A stretch of DNA of 64,000 nt from Desulfobacterales bacterium (GTDB lineage Bacteria; Desulfobacterota; Desulfobacteria; Desulfobacterales; UBA2174), in contig CAXXWC010000021.1 in the NCBI GenBank assembly GCA_963668645.2, forward strand, positions 1,472,001 to 1,536,000, written 5' to 3'. Position 1 is the stretch's first letter. Each line of letters opens with the position of its first letter. Position numbers and translations under genes: made by a program. Positions 19,289 to 29,201 of this stretch are shown in pieces. The notes beneath the pieces were generated by a model that saw only the letters and a list, made by a program, of their open reading frames with translations, was not told the origin of the DNA and ran no database searches.

Positions 19289-20689
19289 TCAACCTTCCGT
19301 CCGGGGGCACGGTTTTGCCAGAAATCCCATCCAATGCATCAGCACCAGAGCCACGGCCATCACGCCGGCAAAGACCGCCACGGTCGTCAGCACGCTCCAT
19401 TGCCACCAGAGCGGACCGTTGACCAGCACGGTGCATCCCCCCACCACCGGCAGCGCAAAAACGTTCATCACGGCCACCTCGAAGGCCGCCGGGGTGCGAA
19501 ACTCCGGGTCGGCGATGCGCAGCAGCAGCAGGCCGCAGGAGACCGTTCCGGTGACCACGCCGTAAATCGCCGCGGTCCGCTCGAGTTGAAAGGCGTCCAA
19601 CCGCCGGCCGAACCAGACCACCAATCCGGTGGTGGCCACGGCATTGACCAGGCAGATCAGGCCGATGGGCAGGGCATAGTTCCAGACGACGGTCAACTGG
19701 ATGGCCACAACCGTGGCGACGATCAGGTAGTCCACCGACCAGCCGGTGATACGCCGCTGGATCCCGGGGTCGACCAGATGCAGAGCGCCGCTCCAGGCCA
19801 ATATCTTCTTGAGGAGCAACGATCCGCCCAGGCCGAAAAAAAAGAAAAAGCCCCACAGAATCCGCGCGTCGTTGGGCCCCATGATGTTGAGGATCACAAG
19901 GATCTGGACCAGGCCCGCAACGAACAGATAACAGACCCCGTAGACCAGTCCCACCAGCGCGGCCTGGAAGGCCAGGGTTTCGGCGTTGCCCGAATGGATC
20001 GTCAGCTCGCCGGCTTTTTCCCGGGCCCCGGCGGACAGAATCCCCCGTAGAAAATCTCGGGGCAACCGGTGGCTGGACCCGCCGGCGGCCCGGCCGCGGC
20101 GGATCCAGCGATTGACCAGGGGGACGCCGATGAAAAAAGCGCAAAAATACCCTGCTGCGGCGAAAGTCAGACCGATGGTGGCGGCATCGGCAAAGCCCAC
20201 CGTTTGCCACACCTTGCCGATGGACAAGGCCTGGCCCGGCCCTTCGTTGAAACCCAGCGGCACGAGGAAACCGAAGGTGGGAAAAAGTTCGATGCCGGCC
20301 CAGCCGAGAAAAATTACCGCCAGCCCACCTAAAACGGCCTGCAGGGGAAAGGTGAGCGCCTGGATAAGCGCCATCCAGGCGGCTCCGCGCATCAGTTGGC
20401 GCGAAGGCCTCGCTTCGGCTTCTTCCTCACGGGTCAGCCCCACAGAAATGAATGATATGTTGAAAAAGTGGTAGGCCAGCGACTCGACCAGTGAAAGGTC
20501 AAGGCGGACCAGCCCGAAGTGGACCAGCACGAGCCCCAGCACACCGCCGACCAGGCAACTGGGAAAAAGGAAGCGCTGCAACAGGCCGATGCGCGCCCGG
20601 AGGACCACACCGGCCAGCAGCATGGTGGAAAGAAAAGCGAAAACCAGAATGCCGTCGAAGGGAAAGGGGGTGTTCATGGCAGGTTCCAT
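19289..20689 (-). CDS. Sodium/glutamate symporter (GltS/ESS family)
   Basis: Highly hydrophobic; QRFLFPSCLVGG, PLGFNEGPGQA, YGVVTGTVSCGLLLLRIADP. Confidence 0.8.
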   Translation of the reverse strand: MEPAMNTPFPFDGILVFAFLSTMLLAGVVLRARIGLLQRFLFPSCLVGGVLGLVLVHFGLVRLDLSLVESLAYHFFNISFISVGLTREEEAEARPSRQLMRGAAWMALIQALTFPLQAVLGGLAVIFLGWAGIELFPTFGFLVPLGFNEGPGQALSIGKVWQTVGFADAATIGLTFAAAGYFCAFFIGVPLVNRWIRRGRAAGGSSHRLPRDFLRGILSAGAREKAGELTIHSGNAETLAFQAALVGLVYGVCYLFVAGLVQILVILNIMGPNDARILWGFFFFFGLGGSLLLKKILAWSGALHLVDPGIQRRITGWSVDYLIVATVVAIQLTVVWNYALPIGLICLVNAVATTGLVVWFGRRLDAFQLERTAAIYGVVTGTVSCGLLLLRIADPEFRTPAAFEVAVMNVFALPVVGGCTVLVNGPLWWQWSVLTTVAVFAGVMAVALVLMHWMGFLAKPCPRTEG

Positions 20690-20771
20690 AATGTTTTGGA
20701 TTTCAACTTTCCGGTTTTATTCCGCCTCGAAATGGACCAGTTACCGGCCTTGCTACCGAGGGCTGTGAATC

Positions 20772-22214
20772 TCAATCCTGGACAAAGAGCGCGTTGACAT
20801 ATGCCGTCAGGATCTTTTCCCGTGCCGGGGCCGGCAGCAGATTCAGGACCCCGTTGATCTCGGCGGTGCGCTCGGGCAGTCCGCCCCCCTGCCCCATGCC
20901 GGCCATGGCCAGCATCCCGGCGATGTCCGCGTCGGAGAGGTTTTCCAGATCGATCCCATCAAGGCTCTGGCGCACCAGTTCCACCAGTTGGCCCGGGGGG
21001 GTTCGGCGGGCCGTCTCGACGCAGGCGGCCAGATCGGCCAGCAGGGCGTCCTCGTTGCCCAGGTTGGAGGCATTGATCGACAGGTGAATATGGGCCGGCG
21101 ATTCGGCGTAGGCCAGCGCCGGCTGGATGTACCAGCCGCGGAGGTTCATCTCGTCGACGATCTGGAACACATCCACCGCATCCGAGGTAAAGGCCACCAG
21201 GCACATGTCCGGCCGGGCGGTGAGCCGCAAATGGGGAATTTTTTCGATCCCGGCGGTAATCTTTTCGATGGCGGCCAGCTTGCGCCGCGCGATCTCGAGA
21301 TACCCGTTGTCGCCCACGTAGTGCAGTACGGCCCAGGCCGCGGCCATGGGGCCACCCGACTTGCTGCTTTGAACCGCATTGTTAATGATGGTATAGCCGA
21401 CCCAGTTGGAACAGGCAAAAATCTGGTGGCGGCGCAGGTCTTTGTTGCGGTACAGGACCACCGAAGCGCCCTTGGGGCAGTAGGCGTACTTGTGCAGATC
21501 CACCGAGATGGAAGAGACCCCTGGAACGGTAAAATCGAAGTCCGGCATCGACCGGCCCAGACGCCTGAAATAGGGCAGCAAAAAGCCGCCCATGCATCCG
21601 TCGGTGTGAAACCAGAGCCCGTGCTCCCGGGCGATGGCGGCCATCTCGGGGATCGGATCCACCACCCCGTGCGCATAGCTCGGGGCCGAGCCGACGATCA
21701 TGATGGTGTCATGGCCCACGGCCCGGGCCACTGCCGCCGGATCGGCCCGCATGGTGTGCGGATCGACCGGTGTGGGCACCACCAGCACATCGAAATAGTG
21801 GGCCGCCTTGTGAAAGGCGGCATGCCCGGTGGTGGGCAGGATCATCTCGGGCGTCTTGATCTCGGGGCGCATCTGGCGAAAATAGTCGCGGGCGGTCTTG
21901 ACCGCCAGCAGGATGCTTTCGGTGCCGCCGGAAGTGAAGTTGCCCACCACCTCCTTGTCACCGCCCAGGTGCTCGGCCATGAGGGCCGCCAACTCCTTTT
22001 CCAGGCGCATCAGGCTCTTGAAAACGGTAAAATCCAGACCGTTTTCAGACAAAAACATGGTGTAGGCCTGCTTGCCGATCGCCATCACCTCCTGGCCCGG
22101 ATCGAAGATGTAACCGAAGGTACGCCCCCCCTGCCATTTGAGGTCGTCTTTGCGAAAGGCAGCCAGCCGATCGAACACTTCTTCGCGGGTCCATCCATTT
22201 TCAGGCAACTGCAT
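20772..22214 (-). CDS. PLP-dependent group II decarboxylase/lyase, sphingosine-1-phosphate lyase-like
   Basis: FTSGGTESI, HAAFHKAA, SAPSYAHGVVDPI, HTDGCMGG, SISVDLHKYAY (PLP lysine). Confidence 0.88.
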   Translation of the reverse strand: MQLPENGWTREEVFDRLAAFRKDDLKWQGGRTFGYIFDPGQEVMAIGKQAYTMFLSENGLDFTVFKSLMRLEKELAALMAEHLGGDKEVVGNFTSGGTESILLAVKTARDYFRQMRPEIKTPEMILPTTGHAAFHKAAHYFDVLVVPTPVDPHTMRADPAAVARAVGHDTIMIVGSAPSYAHGVVDPIPEMAAIAREHGLWFHTDGCMGGFLLPYFRRLGRSMPDFDFTVPGVSSISVDLHKYAYCPKGASVVLYRNKDLRRHQIFACSNWVGYTIINNAVQSSKSGGPMAAAWAVLHYVGDNGYLEIARRKLAAIEKITAGIEKIPHLRLTARPDMCLVAFTSDAVDVFQIVDEMNLRGWYIQPALAYAESPAHIHLSINASNLGNEDALLADLAACVETARRTPPGQLVELVRQSLDGIDLENLSDADIAGMLAMAGMGQGGGLPERTAEINGVLNLLPAPAREKILTAYVNALFVQD

Positions 22215-22230
22215 GAAATCACCTCCATTT

Positions 22231-22966
22231 CTAAATGTTTGGCGCCAATTGCACCAGGGACCGCAGCAGCATCACCGCCGCCAGGACGATGAGCCAGGAA
22301 AGGATCCGGCGCCGGAAGCGCTCCGGATCCGCAGCACCGAAGACGCGCTGGCCCAGATAGATACCGCCGGCCGTGGGGACGGCCAGCAAGGCGGCGAAAA
22401 TCGCCGTGCGGACATCCAAAAGTCCCATGGCCGCGCAGGCGGCCCCGGCATAAATGTCGGTAAAAAAGGAATACGCGATCAAGGAGGCCCGGGAGACCGC
22501 CGCACCGGCCGGGGACGAAAAGAAAAAGAGGATCGCCGGCGGTCCGCCGACAGCCGCGGCCCCGTTGAAAACGCCCGAGAGACAACCGGCGGCCAATGTG
22601 GCGCCCCGGCCGGGCATGCGCTGCAGCCCGGCCAGCAGCAGCACGACCAGGCTGATCCCGAGCCTCGCCGGTTCGGCCGCTACCCGCTGGAGGGCCCCAA
22701 ACGCCCACCGGAGTGCCGAACACGGCACCGATGCCCATCCATCCAAGGGTATTCCAGGCCACCTGGCGCCAAACCTTGGCGATCAGCATCAGGCTGGCGG
22801 CCACTTCGAGCAGCAGAATCACCGGCACGATCCGGGCCGGGTCAAAGCACAGTGAAAGGCCCAGGACGGCGACCATGGAAAAGCCGAATCCGCCGTAGCC
22901 GCGCACGTATCCGGCCCCCAGCACCACAGCGGCGGCCCATAATACCGATAGTAGCTGCGGCGGCAT
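22231..22966 (-). pseudogene. TauE/SafE (TSUP) family exporter, frameshifted near 22695
   Basis: N-part GYVRGYGGFGFS in one frame and C-part SGVFNGAAAVGGPP in another; extra G in TGGGGCCCTCCAG; a sequencing error is possible. Confidence 0.7.
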
Positions 22967-23018
22967 GCAACAGGCCTCAGGCAGAAAAAAGGTTGATGAT
23001 TTCACCACGAAGAAGCAT

Positions 23019-23061
23019 ATTTCACCATAGTGAAATTACCAGCCTATGTTAAACTTGTCAA
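23019..23061 (-). promoter_or_regulatory. Sigma70 promoter (TTGACA-N17-TAATTT, extended -10 TG) overlapped by palindromic operator ATTTCAC-CATA-GTGAAAT
   Basis: -35 at 23056-23061, -10 at 23033-23038, palindrome 23019-23036, extra half-site ATTTCACCA at 22999; likely a TetR site. Confidence 0.65.
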
Positions 23062-23514
23062 CATGCGAGCCCCACGGTGAATTTGTTCTATGCCCGTGTT
23101 GCGGTCGGCCGGCAGTTGTCAGTCATGGCCAGATAGTCGAAGACCAAGCGGACGTTGCGAGCCAGTTGGCGCATTTTTTGCGCCACGCTGCGCACACCTT
23201 TGGATTTAATTGCGCTTACGGCAAAGCGGCGCAACCGGGTGATATTTTCAGGCCCGTGGCCTTTGCGGATACGGCTGCGGTCTTCGTCGAAGTTCCAGTC
23301 GATGATGTAATGGCATTTGTTTTCGATGCACCAATGGCCGCGGTTTATGGCCAGCAGGCATCGGGCGTCGGCCTGCTCGGCAGGTCTACTGGTGATACCG
23401 TAAGCAATCTCAAATGATTGTTTGCCGCTTTTTTTGTCCGTGCATCGTGATCTTCCCCCAAATTGGTGGACACCTCGAAAAGCCCAATGTATACGGGCGT
23501 CAGGAGGTGTTCCA

Positions 23515-23814
23515 ATGGCACAGAAAAAGAGAAAGAACTACTCACGAGAATTCAAGGTCGAGGCTGTGAACCTGATTACCCAAAAGGGATACAGCATTGC
23601 TGAAGCCTCGCGGAATCTCGGCATAGAATACAGCGTGTTACGACGCTGGAAGTCAGAACTCGCGAAAGATTCTCAGCATGCTTTTCCTGGTAAGGGAAAA
23701 CTTGCCGCTCCGGATGAGGAAACGCGTAAGCTCCGCCGTGAGCTGGATCGAGTCAAACAGGAGCGTGACATCCTAAAAAAAGCGCTGGCCTACTTTGCGG
23801 AGGATCAGAAATGA
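23515..23814 (+). CDS. IS3 transposase OrfA
   Basis: RKNYSREFKVEAV HTH, ERDILKKA; AGGAGG RBS; A7G frameshift motif at 23775-23782. Confidence 0.9.
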   Translation: MAQKKRKNYSREFKVEAVNLITQKGYSIAEASRNLGIEYSVLRRWKSELAKDSQHAFPGKGKLAAPDEETRKLRRELDRVKQERDILKKALAYFAEDQK

Positions 23815-24674
23815 AATTTCGATTCATCTCTGAACACGTGGAGACGTTCACTGTAGGCCGCATGTGCAAGCTGCTAAACGTCTCCCGCTCCGGCTTCTAT
23901 GCCTGGACAAAGCGTCCGGAGAGCCGCCGGAGCCGTGAAAACCGGGTGCTGGAGGATCGAATCCGACTGTCGCATGCAAACAGCCACGGTATCTACGGAG
24001 CGCCGCGGATCTACCAGGATCTGAACGATGACGGCGTGCGTTGCGGGAAAAACCGTGTCGCCCGTATCATGCGCAATGCCGGTATCCGATCTCGTACGAG
24101 AAAGAAGTTCAAGGCAACGACGAACTCTCGGCATAATCTACCAGTTGCACAGAATTTACTTGACCGGGACTTCAACGCAAAGGCTCCCGACACCGCATGG
24201 GTCGGCGACATAACCTACATCTGGACCGACGAGGGCTGGCTGTACCTGGCCGTGCTGTTGGATTTGTACAACCGCGAAGTCGTCGGTTGGTCCGCTGCCA
24301 GCCGAATGACACGGCAACTGGCCATTGATGCCCTGGAAATGGCTCTTGGTAAGCGGCAGCCGGAACAAGGGCTGCTACATCATACGGACCGCGGTAGCCA
24401 GTACGCTTCGGCCGATTATCAAAAAATTCTCAAAGAGCGTGGCATGGTCTGCAGCATGAGCCGTAAAGGCAACTGCCATGACAATGCCGTGGCGGAAAGC
24501 TTCTTTGGCCGCCTTAAGATGGAATGGGTCAACCACGAACGGTACCACAGCCGGTCGGAAGCGATCCAAAACCTATTTTATTACATAGAGGTCTTCTACA
24601 ACCGAAAAAGACGCCACTCATCGATTGATTACGCAATCCCGCAAGAATATGAGGGTTTCCTACTTGCGGCTTAA
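23811..24674 (+). CDS. IS3 transposase OrfB (rve integrase core)
   Basis: WVGDITYI, HHTDRGSQY, DNAVAESFF; ATGA overlap with orfA. Confidence 0.93.
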   Translation: MKFRFISEHVETFTVGRMCKLLNVSRSGFYAWTKRPESRRSRENRVLEDRIRLSHANSHGIYGAPRIYQDLNDDGVRCGKNRVARIMRNAGIRSRTRKKFKATTNSRHNLPVAQNLLDRDFNAKAPDTAWVGDITYIWTDEGWLYLAVLLDLYNREVVGWSAASRMTRQLAIDALEMALGKRQPEQGLLHHTDRGSQYASADYQKILKERGMVCSMSRKGNCHDNAVAESFFGRLKMEWVNHERYHSRSEAIQNLFYYIEVFYNRKRRHSSIDYAIPQEYEGFLLAA

Positions 24675-26326
24675 CCTCGTGTCCACTTTTTCGGGGCAAG
24701 ATCATCGGCGTTCGATGACAAAAGCTTGTTGGACGTGAGGAAAGTCGAGAAACTCGTTGAGTTCGGTGGTGGTCCAGATCTTGCGCTCTTCGATGCGGCC
24801 GTGGTCGGGCGGGTCGCAAAGGATGAAATCGGGTTGGCCGCGGTCTTTGAAGTACAGACCGATGTCGTCGAACAGTCCGGGCTGGTTGTTTTTGACGGTG
24901 AAGTGGTAGTGGGCGCCGCGCTGCTCGACGATGTATTCGGCGAACTTTCTCTGTGTCAGCAGGGCATCGGCGGTGATGTCTTTGTTTTCGATCTTGATGG
25001 CATCGAGCAGGGGCTGGGCGGTCTTGATTTCGTTGGTGCGCTTGACCTTTTGGTCGTCTACGGCCAGGTTGCCGACTTTTTTTGGGTGTAGCAGGCACTG
25101 GTGGTATGGCCGACAACGCTCATGATGTGGGTCTGATAGCCTTGATCGTCAATGGCGTTGCACATGGTTTTGCCATCGATGGCCAGGCATTGGTCGCAGC
25201 CGGCGTGGATGCTGTTCCATTTTTGCAGGGCGTCGTCGAGGCGTGCCGGATCGACCCGGATGAGCACATCGCGGATGATCGACAGACTCGGCACGCTGTA
25301 GTGGCCGTTTCGGTAGCGGCATTGGAAGCGCCGGCGTGCTTTTTGTCCGAGGCTGTTGGCCCAATCGGAGATGGCCTGGTAGCCGCGCATGCCACACAGG
25401 GTTGCTGCGGCGGCGATGGCCAAAACGGTTGCCAGACGATGGCGTCGGCCTTGGGGGCGTCGCGGATCGGGGATGTCGGCGAAAAATCGGGGCAAAGATT
25501 GCATGTGTTGAGCCGGCAGCATGATTTTAGGATCTCCTGTTTGATAAAGCGGTGGCAGCATGGTCTGTGACAAGAGGGTTTGCGCATCGGGGCGCAACGG
25601 TTTGACAAAAACCATTTTGGGTGAGTCGGCCGTGTCGCTGTATCCTTTGGCGTGCCGATGAAAGCCTTTGGAGTTTCCGACCGCAGTCCAGTTGTCGGCT
25701 TTATAGATGGTTCCCTTGAAGCGCGCGGGATCGACGAAGGTTTCGAGCAACAGCACGGGATGTCCGAAAGCGGCTTGCCAGTCGGCGGGCAGTCTTTTTC
25801 GGCACAAGGCCAGGATGCGCGAGGCCAGGTTTGGCAGATGCCAGTCGGGCAGGATCAGAAAACGGCTGTTGTTGGTCAACAAATTGAGCCGATCGAACTG
25901 ATGGTTAAAGGGCCAACCGATCCACTGATCGCGAGCAGCACATTTGAGGGCGGGAGCGGAAAAGCTGACCAAGCCGACCCATTGATCACCGATACAGGCC
26001 GCATATCGCAGGGTTTCACCGATTTTGGGCAAGGCGCCCAAGTAATGATGCCGGTGCATCAAGCTCTGGAAGCGCTGATCTTGATTCCGGCGAACTAACC
26101 GAACAACGACTTGTTTGAGATACAACACATCGCCCCCCATTAACGAAAGATGACCTGCCGGGGAGCTATATAGCTGAATATCAAGGGGTTGTCCAGATGT
26201 TTTGATAACCACTTGGAGTTTAATGGCTTATCGAATCAGCACGAAATCACCATGATGCGAGCCCATTTCGGAGCCGTTGGCTCGAAATCTATGGCCGCCA
26301 CCACAGCACCCTCAGGCGAGGAAACG

Positions 26327-26980
26327 ATGTCGGTTCAAGAACGCAAAGACTGGGAGCGCGCCCAGCGCCGGGCGCGCATCATCGACGAGGCCGAGAGGAA
26401 ATTTCTTGCGGAGGGATATGCCGCCACCACCCTGCCGGCCATCGCCGCAGCGGCCGGCTACCACAAGCGCAACCTTTACTTCTACTTCAGGGACAAGGAG
26501 GCGCTCTTCATGGCGGTGGCCGAACGCGCCCTGATCCGCCTCAAGGACCGGTTCGTGCAAGCGCCTTCAGCCCAAGCCGACCCGGTGTCCAACCTGGTGC
26601 GGATCGCCCGGACATTTTTCGATTTTGCCATGGCCGAACCCGGCGCCCTTGATTTGATCATGCAATATGAAACGGTGCACCACGTCTATGAACCGTCCGG
26701 CCTATCGCCGGATGCCGACCCGTCCCGCATCGCCTGCCAGCATCTGTCGGACCAGCTTTCCGCCGTGGTGCGTGAAGTCATCGACCAGGGCCAGCAGGCC
26801 GGCACCCTGCGCTGCGATCTGGAGCCCCGGGCCATGATGCTGCTGCTCTGGGGCCAGATCCTGGGCGTCGTGCAGGTGCTGCGGATGCGCGAAAAAAGCT
26901 TTACGCGGGTCTTCGGGCTGAGCCGCGAAGCGCTTTTCGACCGTTTTGTGGACATGATGGTGGCGGCCCTAAAACCATGA
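26327..26980 (+). CDS. TetR/AcrR family transcriptional regulator
   Basis: RIIDEAERKFLAEGYAATTLPAIAAAAGYHKRNLYFYFRDKEALF; GAGG RBS before ATG at 26327. Confidence 0.9.
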   Translation: MSVQERKDWERAQRRARIIDEAERKFLAEGYAATTLPAIAAAAGYHKRNLYFYFRDKEALFMAVAERALIRLKDRFVQAPSAQADPVSNLVRIARTFFDFAMAEPGALDLIMQYETVHHVYEPSGLSPDADPSRIACQHLSDQLSAVVREVIDQGQQAGTLRCDLEPRAMMLLLWGQILGVVQVLRMREKSFTRVFGLSREALFDRFVDMMVAALKP

Positions 26981-27168
26981 TAGCCCCAAACGGGCTATTG
27001 GCCGCACGCCGGAAGGTGAACTATTGTCCGTCCATAAATGGTGATTTTTGGTTCCCGGCAAGGCCCGAGCGAGTTTCCAACCGGAGCAATAGCCCGCTAT
27101 TTCGAGGATTGGAAACGAGGGAAAACGCCGCCGGGGGCCGAAAGGTGCCGTTTATGGATGGGCACGAA

Positions 27169-28869
27169 CTAAGGCCGCATCGTGTAGTTTCCAACCCGGC
27201 TGACTACATGCCCGCGCCACACCTTCTCAAAACGTTCCGGATCGACCGCCGGCTTGCGGATCATGCGCCGGCAGGCTTCCATCTGGACCTCGGTGCTGCT
27301 CGTTTTGTTGTGCAGCCGCAGGGCATGGGCTGAAAAGTCGCGCACCATGAAATCGAAGATCTGATCCAGCAGGGCGTCTTCAACCTGCTGGATGGCAGCC
27401 TCTTCGATAATCAGCTGCCCGTAGGCCACCAGGGAAAAAATCTCGCCCAGGCAGAGCAGAAAATCGATGTCCTGGGCCTGCTCGGCGCTGGGCGGGGCGG
27501 TGACCAGCATCGTTTTGAAGATTTCGATCTGGGCCTTGAAGATCTCGGCATTGGGCAGGTTGACCCGCTCGTAGGCCAGCCGGTAGTCGTGGAACCGGAT
27601 CTTGCCCAGGCCGCGGGTCGGTCCCTGGGCGAACATGAAAGCATCGTGGACCGCATCGGTCTGGGGTTCGATTTCGGGGAAGGTGCCCGGGTTAAAAAAG
27701 TAGTTGGCCATGAACCTGACCACCAGGGCCATGTTCACATGCACGGTGCCTTCCAGCTTGGGCAGAGCCCGGATGTCCCGGGCGGCCATCTCGAAATAGG
27801 TGTCCTTTTCAAAGCCGCGGGCCGCGATGACATCCCAGAGCAGGTTGATGACCTCCTCGCCCTGGGTGGTGACTTTCATCTTGACCAGGGGATTGTAGAG
27901 CAGGTAGCGCCGGTCCTCGGCCGAAGCGGCCCGCATGTAGTCGATGGCCCGCAGGGAGAAAAGACGCATGGCCACCAGCCGGGTGTAGGCGTCGGTGAAA
28001 ATCTGCTGGATATGGGGAAAATCGGTGACGAACTTGCCGTAGAGATTGCGCCGGGCCGCATGGTCCAGAGCTTCGTAAAAGGCATGGGTGCAAATGCCGA
28101 TGGAGGCCCATCCCAGGTTGAATTTACCCACGTTGACCGTATTGAGGGCCGCGTCCCAGGCGTCCCGGCCGGTGGACAAAATCTCGCCATCGGTGAGCGG
28201 ATACCCTTCCAGAGCATACTCGGACACGTACATCTGCGAATTGATCACGTTCTGGATGCACTTGTAGTTGGGATGATCGGTGCGTACCGCAAAAAAGACG
28301 TACTCGTCGTTGTCTGAATTCTTGCCGAAGGTCGACAGCAGGGCCGCCTTGTTGCCGTTGCCGATGTAATACTTGCCGCCATCGGCCCGGTACTGGCCCT
28401 CGCCCATGGGGGTGAGCATCATCTCCGAGCTGTAAAGATCCGCGCCGTGGGCCTTTTCCGACAGGCCGAGGCCGAAGATCCCGCCATCGGCCAACAGTTG
28501 GCCGGCAGTCCGCTTGATCGATTCGTTGGGGCTCATCCAGATCGGCCCCAACCCGAGGATGGTCACCTGCCAAGCATACCAGTAGGCCAGCCCGTAAAAG
28601 CCGAAAATCTCGTTCAGGGCGCAGTTGCGGTAGCTGTCCCAGCGCGCCTCGGGATTGTCCGGGGCATAGGCCGGCGGAGTGAGCAGGGTGGCAAAGAGCC
28701 CCTGTTCCCGGTTGAAGTCCAAAAAATCGTCGTACCAGCGCCGCTCGTGGTCGTCTTGCTTGATGCGGGCCAGACCCTTGTTTTCGAAAAAAGTGATGGT
28801 CGCTTCCATCAATCGGCGCGAACGCGCGTCCAGTCCCTGGAAACAGTTTTTTTGCGGGTGAAAAATCAT
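27169..28869 (-). CDS. Acyl-CoA dehydrogenase family protein
   Basis: GLSEKAHGADL, GGKYYIGNG, KFNLGWASIGIC, ALPKLEGTVHVN. Confidence 0.9.
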   Translation of the reverse strand: MIFHPQKNCFQGLDARSRRLMEATITFFENKGLARIKQDDHERRWYDDFLDFNREQGLFATLLTPPAYAPDNPEARWDSYRNCALNEIFGFYGLAYWYAWQVTILGLGPIWMSPNESIKRTAGQLLADGGIFGLGLSEKAHGADLYSSEMMLTPMGEGQYRADGGKYYIGNGNKAALLSTFGKNSDNDEYVFFAVRTDHPNYKCIQNVINSQMYVSEYALEGYPLTDGEILSTGRDAWDAALNTVNVGKFNLGWASIGICTHAFYEALDHAARRNLYGKFVTDFPHIQQIFTDAYTRLVAMRLFSLRAIDYMRAASAEDRRYLLYNPLVKMKVTTQGEEVINLLWDVIAARGFEKDTYFEMAARDIRALPKLEGTVHVNMALVVRFMANYFFNPGTFPEIEPQTDAVHDAFMFAQGPTRGLGKIRFHDYRLAYERVNLPNAEIFKAQIEIFKTMLVTAPPSAEQAQDIDFLLCLGEIFSLVAYGQLIIEEAAIQQVEDALLDQIFDFMVRDFSAHALRLHNKTSSTEVQMEACRRMIRKPAVDPERFEKVWRGHVVSRVGNYTMRP

Positions 28870-29201
28870 TCTTCATCCTTTCCTTGAGGGTTGGCAAGGG
28901 TATTTCGGCTGAACTTTGCCGGCACCAAAAATCGAGGGCCGGAAACGTAACTTGCCGAAAATTCAGCGGCCTTTGTCTGGGGTTTTCGCGAACCTTTAGC
29001 CTGTGGGCGATTTTCTGTCAACGTCTCAGCGGTTCACGTTTAATCCAGGCGCGGTTGTCTTGCCAACCGGATATGAACGTGGCGGATTTCGATTTCTGAA
29101 ACACCGCGCAAAACGAAAATGCGCCTCGACCGATGCGTAAAGCAGTCCCCCACCTTTACGAGCGGTATCGCAGGGCAGCAGGCGGCCCCTTCGCAAGGAC
29201 T

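Larger units (their letters stand above)
23448..24704 (+). mobile_element. IS3-family insertion sequence (1257 bp) nested in ISAs1 copy 1
   Basis: IRs TGATCTTCCCCCAAATTGGTGGACAC / TGATCTTGCCCCGAAAAAGTGGACAC; 3-bp TSD TCG; empty site GTGCATCGGCG is visible in copy 2. Confidence 0.95.
23088..26140 (-). pseudogene. DUF4338-ISAs1 transposase (orfA 25058-26140, -1 frame orfB), orfB disrupted by IS3
   Basis: HHYLG, RDQWIGW, NNSRFLIL, LLETFVDP, YKADNW (DUF4338); IPDPRRPQGRRH, AIDGKT, TADALLTQ, HWCIEN (ISAs1 DDE); A AAA AAG slippery site at 25076-25083. Confidence 0.85.
23073..26254 (-). mobile_element. ISAs1-family IS with DUF4338 (DruA-like) transposase fusion, copy 1, interrupted by an IS3 element
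   Basis: Imperfect IRs CACGGTGAATTTGTTCT / CATGGTGATTTCGTGCT; 10-bp TSD ATGCGAGCCC at 23063-23072 and 26255-26264. Confidence 0.92.

Noticed and set aside
25058..26212. Druantia defence system
   Set aside because: The DUF4338 domain is inside an IS bounded by IRs and TSDs; no DruE helicase or other dru genes are present.
26189..26326. N-terminal extensions MSRCFDNHLEF... of the tetR and DUF4126 (30830) ORFs
   Set aside because: They are read out of the IS end; real starts with RBS lie at 26327 and 31037.
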